This document shows, piece by piece, positions 9,214 to 17,222 of a DNA stretch of 32,000 nt. The notes beneath the pieces are model-generated. The model was given only the letters and a program-made list of their open reading frames with translations, had not been told where the DNA came from and made no database searches. A program made the translations under genes and the position numbers. The stretch is from an uncultured Actinomycetes bacterium. GTDB taxonomy: Bacteria > Actinomycetota > Actinomycetes > S36-B12 > CAIYMF01. The stretch lies in the NCBI GenBank assembly GCA_963843975.1, contig CAWJMG010000003.1, forward strand, positions 1,290,001 to 1,322,000, read 5' to 3'. Numbering within the stretch: position 1 is the stretch's first letter; each line of letters begins with the position of its first letter.

Positions 9214-11550
9214 TCAGGCGCGGGCCTTGAACGGCGACGACGGGATCGACGGGAGGCTCCAGCCCTTGGCGTTGAACGCCTTCACGCTGCAGGTGTAGGT
9301 CTTGCCGGCTGCCAGGCCGACGACCGTGCCCTTGCGGACCCGACCGATCTGGACGGTGCCGTCCTTGGCCTTGACGACCACGGACTTGATGCTGCCCGGA
9401 GCGCGGCAGATCACCCAGTACTTGGTGATGACGAGACCACGGGCGCTCGGAACCTTCCAGCTCACGATCGCCTTGCGGCCGGTCGGCACCAGGCGGGAGG
9501 GCTTGGCGACGCGGTTCGGCGTGGCGTTGACGATGAAGAAGAACGTCGTCGTCTTGATCGTCGGGTGGTCGACGGACGTGCTGCCCGCGCCGTTGGTGGC
9601 CGTCAGCGTGACCTTGTACTTGCCGGCCTTCTTGTACGGGTGACGGACGACGGCACCCGGGGTGGTCACCGTGCGCGCCGTGCCGTCGCCGAACGTCCAG
9701 CGCACCGAGTCGGGCGCACCGGTCGAGAGGTCGGTGAGCTCGAGGAGGAGCAGCTGCTTGTTCGGGGCCTTGCCCGAGAAGCGGGCCACCGGCGGCTGGC
9801 CGACGCTGACCGTCTTGGTGATGGTCGAGGCCGGGCCCGTGCCGTTGTTGACGGTGAGCGTCACGGTCTTGGCGCCGCCCGCGGCGTAGGTGTGCACGGG
9901 GTTGGCGGTGTTGTCGACCGGCGAGCCGTCACCGAAGTTCCACGCCCAGCTGGTCGGACGACCGAGCGACGTGTCGGTGAAGTTGACCCGGAGACCGGCG
10001 GTGTTGTCGCCCGCGACCGGGATCTCCGCGGTGAACGCGGCGGACGGCGCGCGGAACAGGTCGTTCCACCAGTAGCGGCGCGTCATCTGCAGCGGGTTCG
10101 CGTTGAGGTTGGCCACCGTGGTGTCGGTCGCGAGGACGACCGTGCCCGAGGTCGAGTTCACGATCTGGGCCGAGACGGACGGGTCGGACATGCCCTCGGG
10201 CTTGCTGGGCGTGTCACCGGCGGAGTTCGCGGAGTTCGCGGCGACGACGGTCGGCGCGCCCGGCACGAAGGTGCTGATCGGCAGCGACACGCGCTTGATG
10301 ACGCCGATGACGTTGGTGGTCAGCGACGGGTCGTTGGCGACCGCGTAGAAGACGTCGAGGGTGCGGCGGGTGTTGTCGAGCGACAGCACCGGACGCGTGC
10401 CCTTGTCGCCCACCGTGGTGAGGGTGGCCGCGTCGGAGACCGTGACGTACCCGGCGTTGGTGCTGTTGAGCACCGTGCCGCCGGAACCCGGCTGCAGCTT
10501 GAGCACACGCAGCAGCGGAGCGCCGTTGTCGATCGGGTCGGCCGCGTCGTTCGAGGTCTTGATCGCGGCGTACACCGGCGAGGTCGCGCCACCGGCGGGG
10601 TCGGTCACGAGGGAGATGTGGTTGTCGGCGATCAGGTCGCCCGAGGCGATCTGGGTGCCGAAGAAGTTGCCCGTGCCGAACGAGTCGCTGACACGGTGAC
10701 GGGCGGCGTAGAAGCCCGGGGCCGGGGTCGGGTCGCCGACCGCTGAGTTCAGCGCTGTGCGCTGGTTGCTGAAGACGATGGTGACGTAGCCGTCGGCGGC
10801 GGTGATGGCCGAGACGTCGTCGCCGGTGAGCGTCGTCGCCGCGAGGTCGTCGGCGAACAGCGCGGTGTTCTTGGTCCAGCGCACGACGAAGTTGTTGACG
10901 AACGTCGCCGGGTTGACGCCGTTCGCGGTCGCCGAGGTGTTGGTGGCGTACGGGCGACGGTTGTAGACGTAGGTCGCCATGATCTTGCCGTCGGTCAGCT
11001 GCGCGATGGACAGCGACGACAGGCCGCGGCTCGCGACGATCGTGATCGGCCAGCCCTCGTCCTTGACCCACGCGCCGTCGACCAGCGAGTAGCGGGTGAG
11101 GATCGCGTCGGCGTTCGCGGTGACGACGTCGGTGTTGCGGGCGGTCAGCACGTGGCTCGCGATGAAGAGCTTGTTCGCGGAGGCGTTGTACAGCGCGTCG
11201 GACGAGGTGCCGTTGCGCGAGTCGATGACGACGTTGGTGTCGGTCCACACGGGCGAGCCGGTCTCACGGCCGTCGAGGCGGTGGATGCTGTAGCCGGTCG
11301 ATCCGGCGTTGCGCATCGAGGCCCACCAGGTGCCGCCTGCGTACCAGACCTTGTGCTGGGTCTTGGTGGCGGTGGGCGCAGTACCCAGCGAGGACAGGGT
11401 GCCGCTGAACGTCCCCTGCACCTGCCCGCTGAATCCGACGCTCGCGACCGCCTGGGCGGCGGTGGGGACGGCGACGACGAGGCTTGCGGCGAGGGCGCTC
11501 GTGACGCCCAGGGCCGCGAGCGCGCGTCCGCGCCTCATGACTGACTTCAT
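9214..11550 (-). CDS. Secreted multidomain protein, paralog 4 (divergent): signal peptide + longer version of the shared domain + 2 PKD repeats + FN3-like domain
   Basis: ATG 11550 (MKSVMRRGRALAALGVTSALAASLVVAVPTAAQA|VAS) is preceded by GGAGGA (reverse complement of tcctcc at 11559-11564) 8 nt upstream. Contains KTQHKVWYAGGTWWASM..YSIHRLD. Two PKD units at roughly nt 9530-10040. FN3-like tail at 9217-9513 ending SPFKARA. Confidence 0.88.
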   Translation of the reverse strand: MKSVMRRGRALAALGVTSALAASLVVAVPTAAQAVASVGFSGQVQGTFSGTLSSLGTAPTATKTQHKVWYAGGTWWASMRNAGSTGYSIHRLDGRETGSPVWTDTNVVIDSRNGTSSDALYNASANKLFIASHVLTARNTDVVTANADAILTRYSLVDGAWVKDEGWPITIVASRGLSSLSIAQLTDGKIMATYVYNRRPYATNTSATANGVNPATFVNNFVVRWTKNTALFADDLAATTLTGDDVSAITAADGYVTIVFSNQRTALNSAVGDPTPAPGFYAARHRVSDSFGTGNFFGTQIASGDLIADNHISLVTDPAGGATSPVYAAIKTSNDAADPIDNGAPLLRVLKLQPGSGGTVLNSTNAGYVTVSDAATLTTVGDKGTRPVLSLDNTRRTLDVFYAVANDPSLTTNVIGVIKRVSLPISTFVPGAPTVVAANSANSAGDTPSKPEGMSDPSVSAQIVNSTSGTVVLATDTTVANLNANPLQMTRRYWWNDLFRAPSAAFTAEIPVAGDNTAGLRVNFTDTSLGRPTSWAWNFGDGSPVDNTANPVHTYAAGGAKTVTLTVNNGTGPASTITKTVSVGQPPVARFSGKAPNKQLLLLELTDLSTGAPDSVRWTFGDGTARTVTTPGAVVRHPYKKAGKYKVTLTATNGAGSTSVDHPTIKTTTFFFIVNATPNRVAKPSRLVPTGRKAIVSWKVPSARGLVITKYWVICRAPGSIKSVVVKAKDGTVQIGRVRKGTVVGLAAGKTYTCSVKAFNAKGWSLPSIPSSPFKARA

Positions 11551-11704
11551 GGGGGGATCCTCCGTGGTGTGGCTCGCCCGCACGACCACGGACGTGGGCA
11601 CGATGCTAAGCGGCGAATTCACCGGGTGTTCACCCCGTCACCCGTTCGTCGCAAAGGTTGACCCATTCGTCACTCACTCTGAGCGAGGCCCGGACGTGCC
11701 GGAC

Positions 11705-11731
11705 GGCCCCCGCGACGCTCGCGCGGGGGCC
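11705..11731 (-). terminator. GC hairpin downstream of the beta-helix gene
   Basis: ggcccccgcg (11705-11714) and cgcgggggcc (11722-11731) are exact reverse complements with a 7-nt loop. It lies 30 nt past the stop at 11761 on the minus strand. Confidence 0.5.
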
Positions 11732-11760
11732 GCCCTGGGGGCCTTGAGGGAGCTGAGGGC

Positions 11761-12675
11761 CTAGAGGTACCCGGGCGACCGGTAGCCGAAGCCGGCGGAG
11801 CTGCCGAACGCGTGCGTGGGCCGGGTGGTCTTGACGAAGGGCCAGGACGAGCGGTTGGGCCACAGGCCGGAGTACTGCCGGGTGGACCCGGTGATGTGGA
11901 CCTCGCTGGTCCGGACGGGGAAGCTGCCCGTGCGCCAGAGGAGGTAGGCCGCGCCCCGGCCGTCGATCCACACCCGACGCAGGTCGTACAGGCCGACCGA
12001 GGACGAGCTGTGCTGCTGCGGGGTCAGGAACATCCCCTGGTACTGCGTCGAGGCGGTGAGTCCGTCGACCAGCAGCGACTTCGGCCCGGACCAGGCCTGG
12101 ATGACGTCGGCGTGGTTGGTGCCCTGCGAGCCGGTGAGCAGCGAGCTGATGCGCACGTTGAACAGGCGGACGTAGGCGCCCGGGAGCGAGATGTCGATGC
12201 CCTCGGTCAGGCGCTGGGTCGTGCTCGAGATGAAGCGGACGCCCTCGACGTGCACGATGCCGGTCGAGTCGCGGAAGTAGGCCGCACGCTTGACGACCTT
12301 GCCGCTGCCGTCCTTCCAGCCGCCACGGACGTCGACCGTGCCGCCCATCACGACGACGTTGTGGCCGCCGGTGATGAACAGGCCACGGGCGTTCTTCCAG
12401 GTGCGGGTCGACGGCAGCACGATCCTGTAGTCGCGGGAGGTGCTGAGCTTGATCTCGCCCATCTCGTCCGTGACGCGGATCGTGATGGGCTTGGTGAGCG
12501 TCGGGGGCCGGCGCGGGAGCTTGGCGCTGGTGATCGTCACCGGAGTGAGCGAGACCGCGGTGGCGGCGGAGGCCTCGGGGAGCGCGGGGGTGGCGGGCCC
12601 GGCGACGACGATGCCTGCGGCGAGGAGCGAGAGGGCTCCGGCGAATGCTGCGGCGCGTGCGGTCGTCCTGGTCAT
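11761..12675 (-). CDS. Secreted hypothetical protein, possibly a right-handed beta-helix (pectate-lyase-like) fold
   Basis: ATG 12675 is preceded by AAGGAGGAG (reverse complement of ctcctcctt at 12678-12686). Signal peptide MTRTTARAAAFAGALSLLAAGIVVAGPA. Short repetitive beta-strand segments are present (GGHNVVVMGGTVDVRG, VHVEGVRFIS, GIDISLPGAYVRLFNVRIS). The fold assignment is by eye only. Confidence 0.7.
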   Translation of the reverse strand: MTRTTARAAAFAGALSLLAAGIVVAGPATPALPEASAATAVSLTPVTITSAKLPRRPPTLTKPITIRVTDEMGEIKLSTSRDYRIVLPSTRTWKNARGLFITGGHNVVVMGGTVDVRGGWKDGSGKVVKRAAYFRDSTGIVHVEGVRFISSTTQRLTEGIDISLPGAYVRLFNVRISSLLTGSQGTNHADVIQAWSGPKSLLVDGLTASTQYQGMFLTPQQHSSSSVGLYDLRRVWIDGRGAAYLLWRTGSFPVRTSEVHITGSTRQYSGLWPNRSSWPFVKTTRPTHAFGSSAGFGYRSPGYL

Positions 12676-12943
12676 GCTCCTCCTTAGCCAGGCGGGGCCC
12701 CGCGCGGATACGCGGCCCGTCACCTGCTGGATCGGCGTACGACGTGGGCGACCCGAGTCGTTCGCCTGCTCGTTACCGTTCCGTGATCAGTCGACAGCCC
12801 ATCACGGACCGCCGAGCGGCGTCCATAGCCCTGTCCGCTCAGCGAGACGCGGCGCTCTCACCTGCGGTGATATGTGCCCTCTCGCAGCTGTGCCGGCGCA
12901 GCAGGTCGCTGGACGGAGGTGAAGGGCGGCCGGTCTCCCAGGA

Positions 12944-13702
12944 TCAGACGTACTGCTGCAGCAGCAGCATCCGCACGACCCCGATCACGAGGATCGCCAA
13001 CGAGACCAGGGTGAGCAGCACCTGCACCTTCGGCCGCGTGAACTTCAGCGCGATGCTCGCGAAGAACAGGACGAGCGCGAGGAGCACGGCGACGAGGACG
13101 AACCGGGTCGAGGTGGTCGCGGCGACGTCGGCCTCCGCAAGCAGCGCCTCGGCGCGATCCGCCTCGGTGTCGGACGTGACCTGGGCGGGCACGACGTACG
13201 CCGGGAGGTCGAGCGGTGTGCCGGGCGGGATCGTGACGGGCACGCCGTCGGCGTCCAGCGTCACGCCGCCCACCCACTCCGCCTGAGCGGCCTTGAGCGG
13301 TGCGGAGAACCGGTCGTCGAGGAAGCCGGCCTTGCGACGGTCGCCCGCGTTGACGGCGTCGATCCACGACAGCCACATCTGCGAGTCGATGATCACCTGC
13401 TGGTTGGCCTCGGTCGCCGCCCGCCCCGAGTCGGCGCGCGCGATCGAGGACGCCGACTGCGCGTCGGACTGCGCACCGCTCCACTGGCTGGCCTGGAAGG
13501 ACGCCCACGCGGTCGCCACCGCCGCGATCGCGAGGATCATCGCCGTCCAGGAGTCGAGGATCCGCTGGCGGCGCTCCCACGGGTCCTCGGGGTCCGGCGG
13601 CGCGAGGTCCTCGCCGAGCACGACGTCGACGACCTCGGACAGGTCCTCGAGCATCGAGCCGTCGTCCACCTCGGTGGACGCGGCGGGAGGCGTCTCGCTC
13701 AT
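12944..13702 (-). CDS. Hypothetical membrane protein (acidic N-terminus, three predicted TM helices)
   Basis: 252-codon ORF with good GC3 bias. Hydrophobic segments are WTAMILAIAAVATAWASF, FVLVAVLLALVLFFASIAL and VLLTLVSLAILVIGVV. No family recognised. Confidence 0.7.
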   Translation of the reverse strand: MSETPPAASTEVDDGSMLEDLSEVVDVVLGEDLAPPDPEDPWERRQRILDSWTAMILAIAAVATAWASFQASQWSGAQSDAQSASSIARADSGRAATEANQQVIIDSQMWLSWIDAVNAGDRRKAGFLDDRFSAPLKAAQAEWVGGVTLDADGVPVTIPPGTPLDLPAYVVPAQVTSDTEADRAEALLAEADVAATTSTRFVLVAVLLALVLFFASIALKFTRPKVQVLLTLVSLAILVIGVVRMLLLQQYV

Positions 13703-13773
13703 GCGGGCTCCGTCAGGGTCGGCGGTCTGGCGGCATCGTGCCGCATCGACGCCGGAGCGCGCGGGTTATCGCG

Positions 13774-15162
13774 TCAGACGCGGGCCTTGGCCCGGCGCGC
13801 TGCCGACCCCTCCGCCGCTGACGGTGCCACGGGCAGCACGGGCGCGGACGCGAGACCAGCGGCGGCGAGCGCCAGGGTCATCGCCTCGAGCGCGCGGGCG
13901 TCGTCGCCGAGCGCCCGGTAGACCTCGGCCAGCTGCCGCCAGGCCAGGGCCGAGTACCGCGAGGCCTCGACCGCGCCCAGTGCCGTGGCCGCCTCCTCCA
14001 GCAACGAGACGCCGATGGCGGCATCGCCGACCGCCACCGATGCGGCACCGAGCAGCACCAGCGAGTGCGCGCGCTCCATGACGCGGCTCTCGTCGAGCTT
14101 GTCGAGAGATGCCTTCGCGTGCCGCCGCGCGACCTCGGGGCGCCCGAGGAACAGCTCGGCACGGGCGAGCTCGGACAGGACCGGGCCGACGAGCATCGCA
14201 CCCGCGTGCTGGCGCACCTCCGGGAGGAGTGCGCGCAGCTCACGCCGTGCCTCTTCCGCACGAGGAGGGTCCTGGTGCAGCAGGATCCAGGCTCTCGAGT
14301 AGCGCAGTCGTGCCCGCACGAGGAGGTCGCTGCCGCTCTCAGCCCTGGCGGTTGCCTCGTCGGCGAGGCGCATCCCCTCCCCCGCGTGGCCGCGCTCGGT
14401 CGCGTTGATGGCGGCGTTCCAGAGCGCCTTGGCACGGTCGTCGTCGCTGCCCTCGGCCTCGAGCCGCTCGATGAGGTCGTCCAGGATCCCTTGCGCCCGC
14501 ATCAGATCGCCGCGTTCGTCGTACACGCCGGCGACCGTGACCACGAGAGGCGCGAACCCGGGCACGCCGTCGATGCGCAGGTCGGCGCCTCGACGCAGGG
14601 CGCGCTCCCCGAGGTCGACGGCGCGACCGAGGTCGCCCGCCTCCCGGTAGATGCGCACGAGGGACACGGTGACGGGGACCCAGGGCAGCAGCTCCGGCGC
14701 GGACTCGGCCGCCAGCAGCAGCCGCTCCAGCTGACGGGCGGCATCGGACGGCCGGCCGTCGCGCTCGAGGGCGGCGGCGCGCACCTCGCCTGCGCGGAAG
14801 AGCACCGGGTCGGCTGCAAGCGACTCGACGTCGGTCAGCCGCTCGTGCCACGGCTCGAGGAGGGCGACCGCCTCGGTCGGGCTGCCGAGCCCGAGCGCGG
14901 CCTCGGCGAGCACGAGGTCGTGGGTCGGCGCCGCCGGGGCGGGGGGCTCCAGGTCGGAGACCGGGACTCCCAGGCGCTGCGCCAGGACCGCCACGACGGC
15001 GGGGGTGGGCTCGCGACGGCCGGCCTCGAGGTGGCTGACGTAGCTGGGCGACAGGTCCTCGCCGGCGAGCGCGGTCTGGGACAGGCCGGCCCGCGTGCGG
15101 GCATGGCGCAGCCGAGCGCCGAAGGTGCTCGGCGCCCCGGTGTCCGCGCCTTCGCGAGCCAC
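13774..15162 (-). CDS. XRE-family HTH transcriptional regulator with a long C-terminal TPR-like domain
   Basis: GTG 15162 lies 4 nt after GGAAGGA (reverse complement of tccttcc at 15167-15173). The 22 codons upstream in the track ORF have poorer GC3. HTH segment: FGARLRHARTRAGLSQTALAGEDLSPSYVSHLEAGRREPT. About 400 aa of TPR-like helical pairs follow (YREAGDLGRAVDLGERAL, YDERGDLMRAQGILDDLI, YRALGDDARALEAMTLAL). Confidence 0.85.
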   Translation of the reverse strand: MAREGADTGAPSTFGARLRHARTRAGLSQTALAGEDLSPSYVSHLEAGRREPTPAVVAVLAQRLGVPVSDLEPPAPAAPTHDLVLAEAALGLGSPTEAVALLEPWHERLTDVESLAADPVLFRAGEVRAAALERDGRPSDAARQLERLLLAAESAPELLPWVPVTVSLVRIYREAGDLGRAVDLGERALRRGADLRIDGVPGFAPLVVTVAGVYDERGDLMRAQGILDDLIERLEAEGSDDDRAKALWNAAINATERGHAGEGMRLADEATARAESGSDLLVRARLRYSRAWILLHQDPPRAEEARRELRALLPEVRQHAGAMLVGPVLSELARAELFLGRPEVARRHAKASLDKLDESRVMERAHSLVLLGAASVAVGDAAIGVSLLEEAATALGAVEASRYSALAWRQLAEVYRALGDDARALEAMTLALAAAGLASAPVLPVAPSAAEGSAARRAKARV

Positions 15163-15199
15163 GTCGTCCTTCCGACCGCAGGGGCCGCCATCACACCAC

Positions 15200-15236
15200 G
15201 GGTCTGCGTGCCGACCCCCGTGCGGCACGCAGACCC
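15200..15236. promoter_or_regulatory. Perfect 14-bp inverted repeat in the divergent regulator/peptide intergenic region (operator or 5'-UTR hairpin)
   Basis: gggtctgcgtgccg (15200-15213) and cggcacgcagaccc (15223-15236) are exact reverse complements with a 9-nt spacer. It sits 38 nt upstream of the regulator start codon. Confidence 0.5.
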
Positions 15237-15336
15237 ATGGCCTCTCTCGAACTCTGACTGATTCTATGACTGACTTGTCACGTTACGTGTCACGACTCGC
15301 CCGATCGGGTGAGCCGATCTTCTTCAGGAGGACGTC

Positions 15337-15519
15337 ATGACCAGCACCGCCGCCGCCCGCTCCGCCGCTCGCACCGTCCGCCCGTCGGGCGCCCCTCGAC
15401 GCCGCGGTGCCGTCGCGGTCCTGCTCGCCCTCGCCCTCACCGCCCTGCTGGGAGCCGGGGGCACCTCGGCCTCCAGCACGCCCGTCACGGTCGCCGGTGG
15501 GCCCGGCCACTGCTGCTGA
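15337..15519 (+). CDS. Small secreted pro-peptide (60 aa) ending in GGPGHCC
   Basis: ATG 15337 lies 4 nt after AGGAGGA (15326-15332). Nearly all third positions are G/C. Organisation: Arg-rich n-region, h-region AVAVLLALALTALLGAGG, TSA|SS cleavage-like site, and a 13-15 aa tail (S)STPVTVAGGPGHCC. A perfect hairpin follows the ORF. Confidence 0.65.
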   Translation: MTSTAAARSAARTVRPSGAPRRRGAVAVLLALALTALLGAGGTSASSTPVTVAGGPGHCC

Positions 15520-15539
15520 TCCCGCGTGGCGCCGGCACC

Positions 15540-15570
15540 GGCGTCGCCCCGACCGGCCCGGGGCGACGCC
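15540..15570 (+). terminator. Perfect 12-bp GC hairpin after the small ORF (terminator or attenuator upstream of the MFS gene)
   Basis: ggcgtcgccccg (15540-15551) and cggggcgacgcc (15559-15570) are exact reverse complements with a 7-nt loop (accggcc). No U tract follows. Confidence 0.55.
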
Positions 15571-15649
15571 GTCCGACCGCCTGCGCCGAGTCAGGGCCAT
15601 ACCCCGGATATCGGGGTGCAGCACTGCTCGGCGGTCCATCATCTGCGCC

Positions 15650-17122
15650 ATGAGCAGCACGGTGCCCGAGCCAGGAACGTCCGCCGCGCCGTCGGGGCGG
15701 GAGGGCAGCGGGCGGGTGATCGCGGTCGCCGCGGTCGCCGCCCTCGGCGGTTTCCTCTTCGGCTTCGACTCCTCGGTCATCAACGCAGCGGTGCCCGGGA
15801 TCGTGGCGCAGTTCGGCACCTCGCCGGGCCAGACCGGCTTCATCGTGTCGATCGCTCTCATCGGCTGCGCCGTGGGCGCCTGGTACGCCGGTCGCGTCGC
15901 CAACAGGCTCGGTCGCCCCCGCACGATGCAGGTCGCGGCGATCGTCTTCATCGTGTCCGCCGTCGGGTCTGCGTTCCCCGGCGGCGTGGCCGGCCTCATG
16001 CTCTGGCGCTTCGTCGGCGGCCTCGCGATCGGAGCGGCGTCGGTCATCGCACCGACCTACATCGCGGAGGTCGCGCCCGCCCACCTGCGCGGCAGGCTCG
16101 GGTCGCTCCAGCAGCTCGCGATCGTGTCGGGCATCTTCGTCGCCCTGCTCTCGGGCTGGGCGATCGCTTCGGCCGCGGGCGGCGCGAGCCAGGACTGGCT
16201 GCTCGGCTTCGAGGCGTGGCGCTGGATGTTCCTCGTCGAGGTGCTCCCCGCGATCGTCTACCTGCTCGCCGCGCGCACGATTCCGGAGAGTCCGCGCTAC
16301 CTCGTCGCGGTGGGCCGCACGGAGGAGGCCCGCGAGGTCATGGCGAGCATCGGCCAGCCGGTGACCGACGCCGAGCTCGCCACGATGCGCACGCAGCTCG
16401 AGGGCGAGTCGGCGCAGAAGGTGTCGGACCTCAAGGGCCCGAGATTCGGGCTCCTGCCCGTGGTGTGGGTCGCGATCGCCCTGTCCGCGCTGCAGCAGCT
16501 CGTCGGCATCAACGTGATCTTCTACTACAGCAGCATGCTCTGGCAGGCCGTGGGCTTCACCGAGGACGACTCCCTGAAGATCTCGGTCATCTCGGGCGGC
16601 ATCAACATCGTGGCCACGCTCATCGCCATCGCCTGCATCGACCGGTTCGGCCGCCGCCCCCTCCTGCTGCTGGGCTCCGCCGGCATGTCGGTCTCCCTGC
16701 TGCTGCTCGCGTACCTCTTCGGCACTGCACCCGTCGTCGAGGTGGCTGCGACGGCGACCTGCGAGGCGCCGTGCATGCAGCCGACTCTCGCGGGAGGCGC
16801 CGCCACGCTCGCACTGTTCGCCGCCAACGGCTTCGTCGTGTTCTTCGGCTTCTCGTGGGGCCCGGTCGTCTGGGTGCTGCTCGGCGAGATGTTCCCCAAC
16901 CGCATCCGGGCGATCGCGCTGTCGGTCGCTGCCGCCGCGCAGTGGCTCGCGAACTTCCTGGTGTCCACGACGTTCCCGCCGCTCGCCGCGCGCGGGCTCG
17001 GCCTGGCCTACGGCATCTACGCGTTCTTCGCCGTCGTCTCGCTCGTCTTCGTCTGGAAGGTGGTCCGCGAGACCAAGGGGCGTTCGCTCGAGTCGATGGA
17101 CGCCGAGTACGCCTCCACCTGA
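15650..17122 (+). CDS. MFS transporter, sugar porter family
   Basis: ATG 15650 (MSSTVPEP..). Motifs GGFLFGFDSSVINAA, GRVANRLGRPRTM, PESPRYL and PETKGRSLE-like (RETKGRSLESMD) are typical of sugar/inositol:H+ symporters. The upstream part of the track ORF (15407-15649) is Arg/Pro-rich and was rejected. Confidence 0.9.
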   Translation: MSSTVPEPGTSAAPSGREGSGRVIAVAAVAALGGFLFGFDSSVINAAVPGIVAQFGTSPGQTGFIVSIALIGCAVGAWYAGRVANRLGRPRTMQVAAIVFIVSAVGSAFPGGVAGLMLWRFVGGLAIGAASVIAPTYIAEVAPAHLRGRLGSLQQLAIVSGIFVALLSGWAIASAAGGASQDWLLGFEAWRWMFLVEVLPAIVYLLAARTIPESPRYLVAVGRTEEAREVMASIGQPVTDAELATMRTQLEGESAQKVSDLKGPRFGLLPVVWVAIALSALQQLVGINVIFYYSSMLWQAVGFTEDDSLKISVISGGINIVATLIAIACIDRFGRRPLLLLGSAGMSVSLLLLAYLFGTAPVVEVAATATCEAPCMQPTLAGGAATLALFAANGFVVFFGFSWGPVVWVLLGEMFPNRIRAIALSVAAAAQWLANFLVSTTFPPLAARGLGLAYGIYAFFAVVSLVFVWKVVRETKGRSLESMDAEYAST

Positions 17123-17222
17123 CCGGTCAGACTTCGTTGGTATCGCTCAGATCCTGGCCGGATGCACGTGCGCTCGGCCCCTCCCCCGTGCGACGGTGAC
17201 CGCGGGGAAAGGGAGGGTCCAG

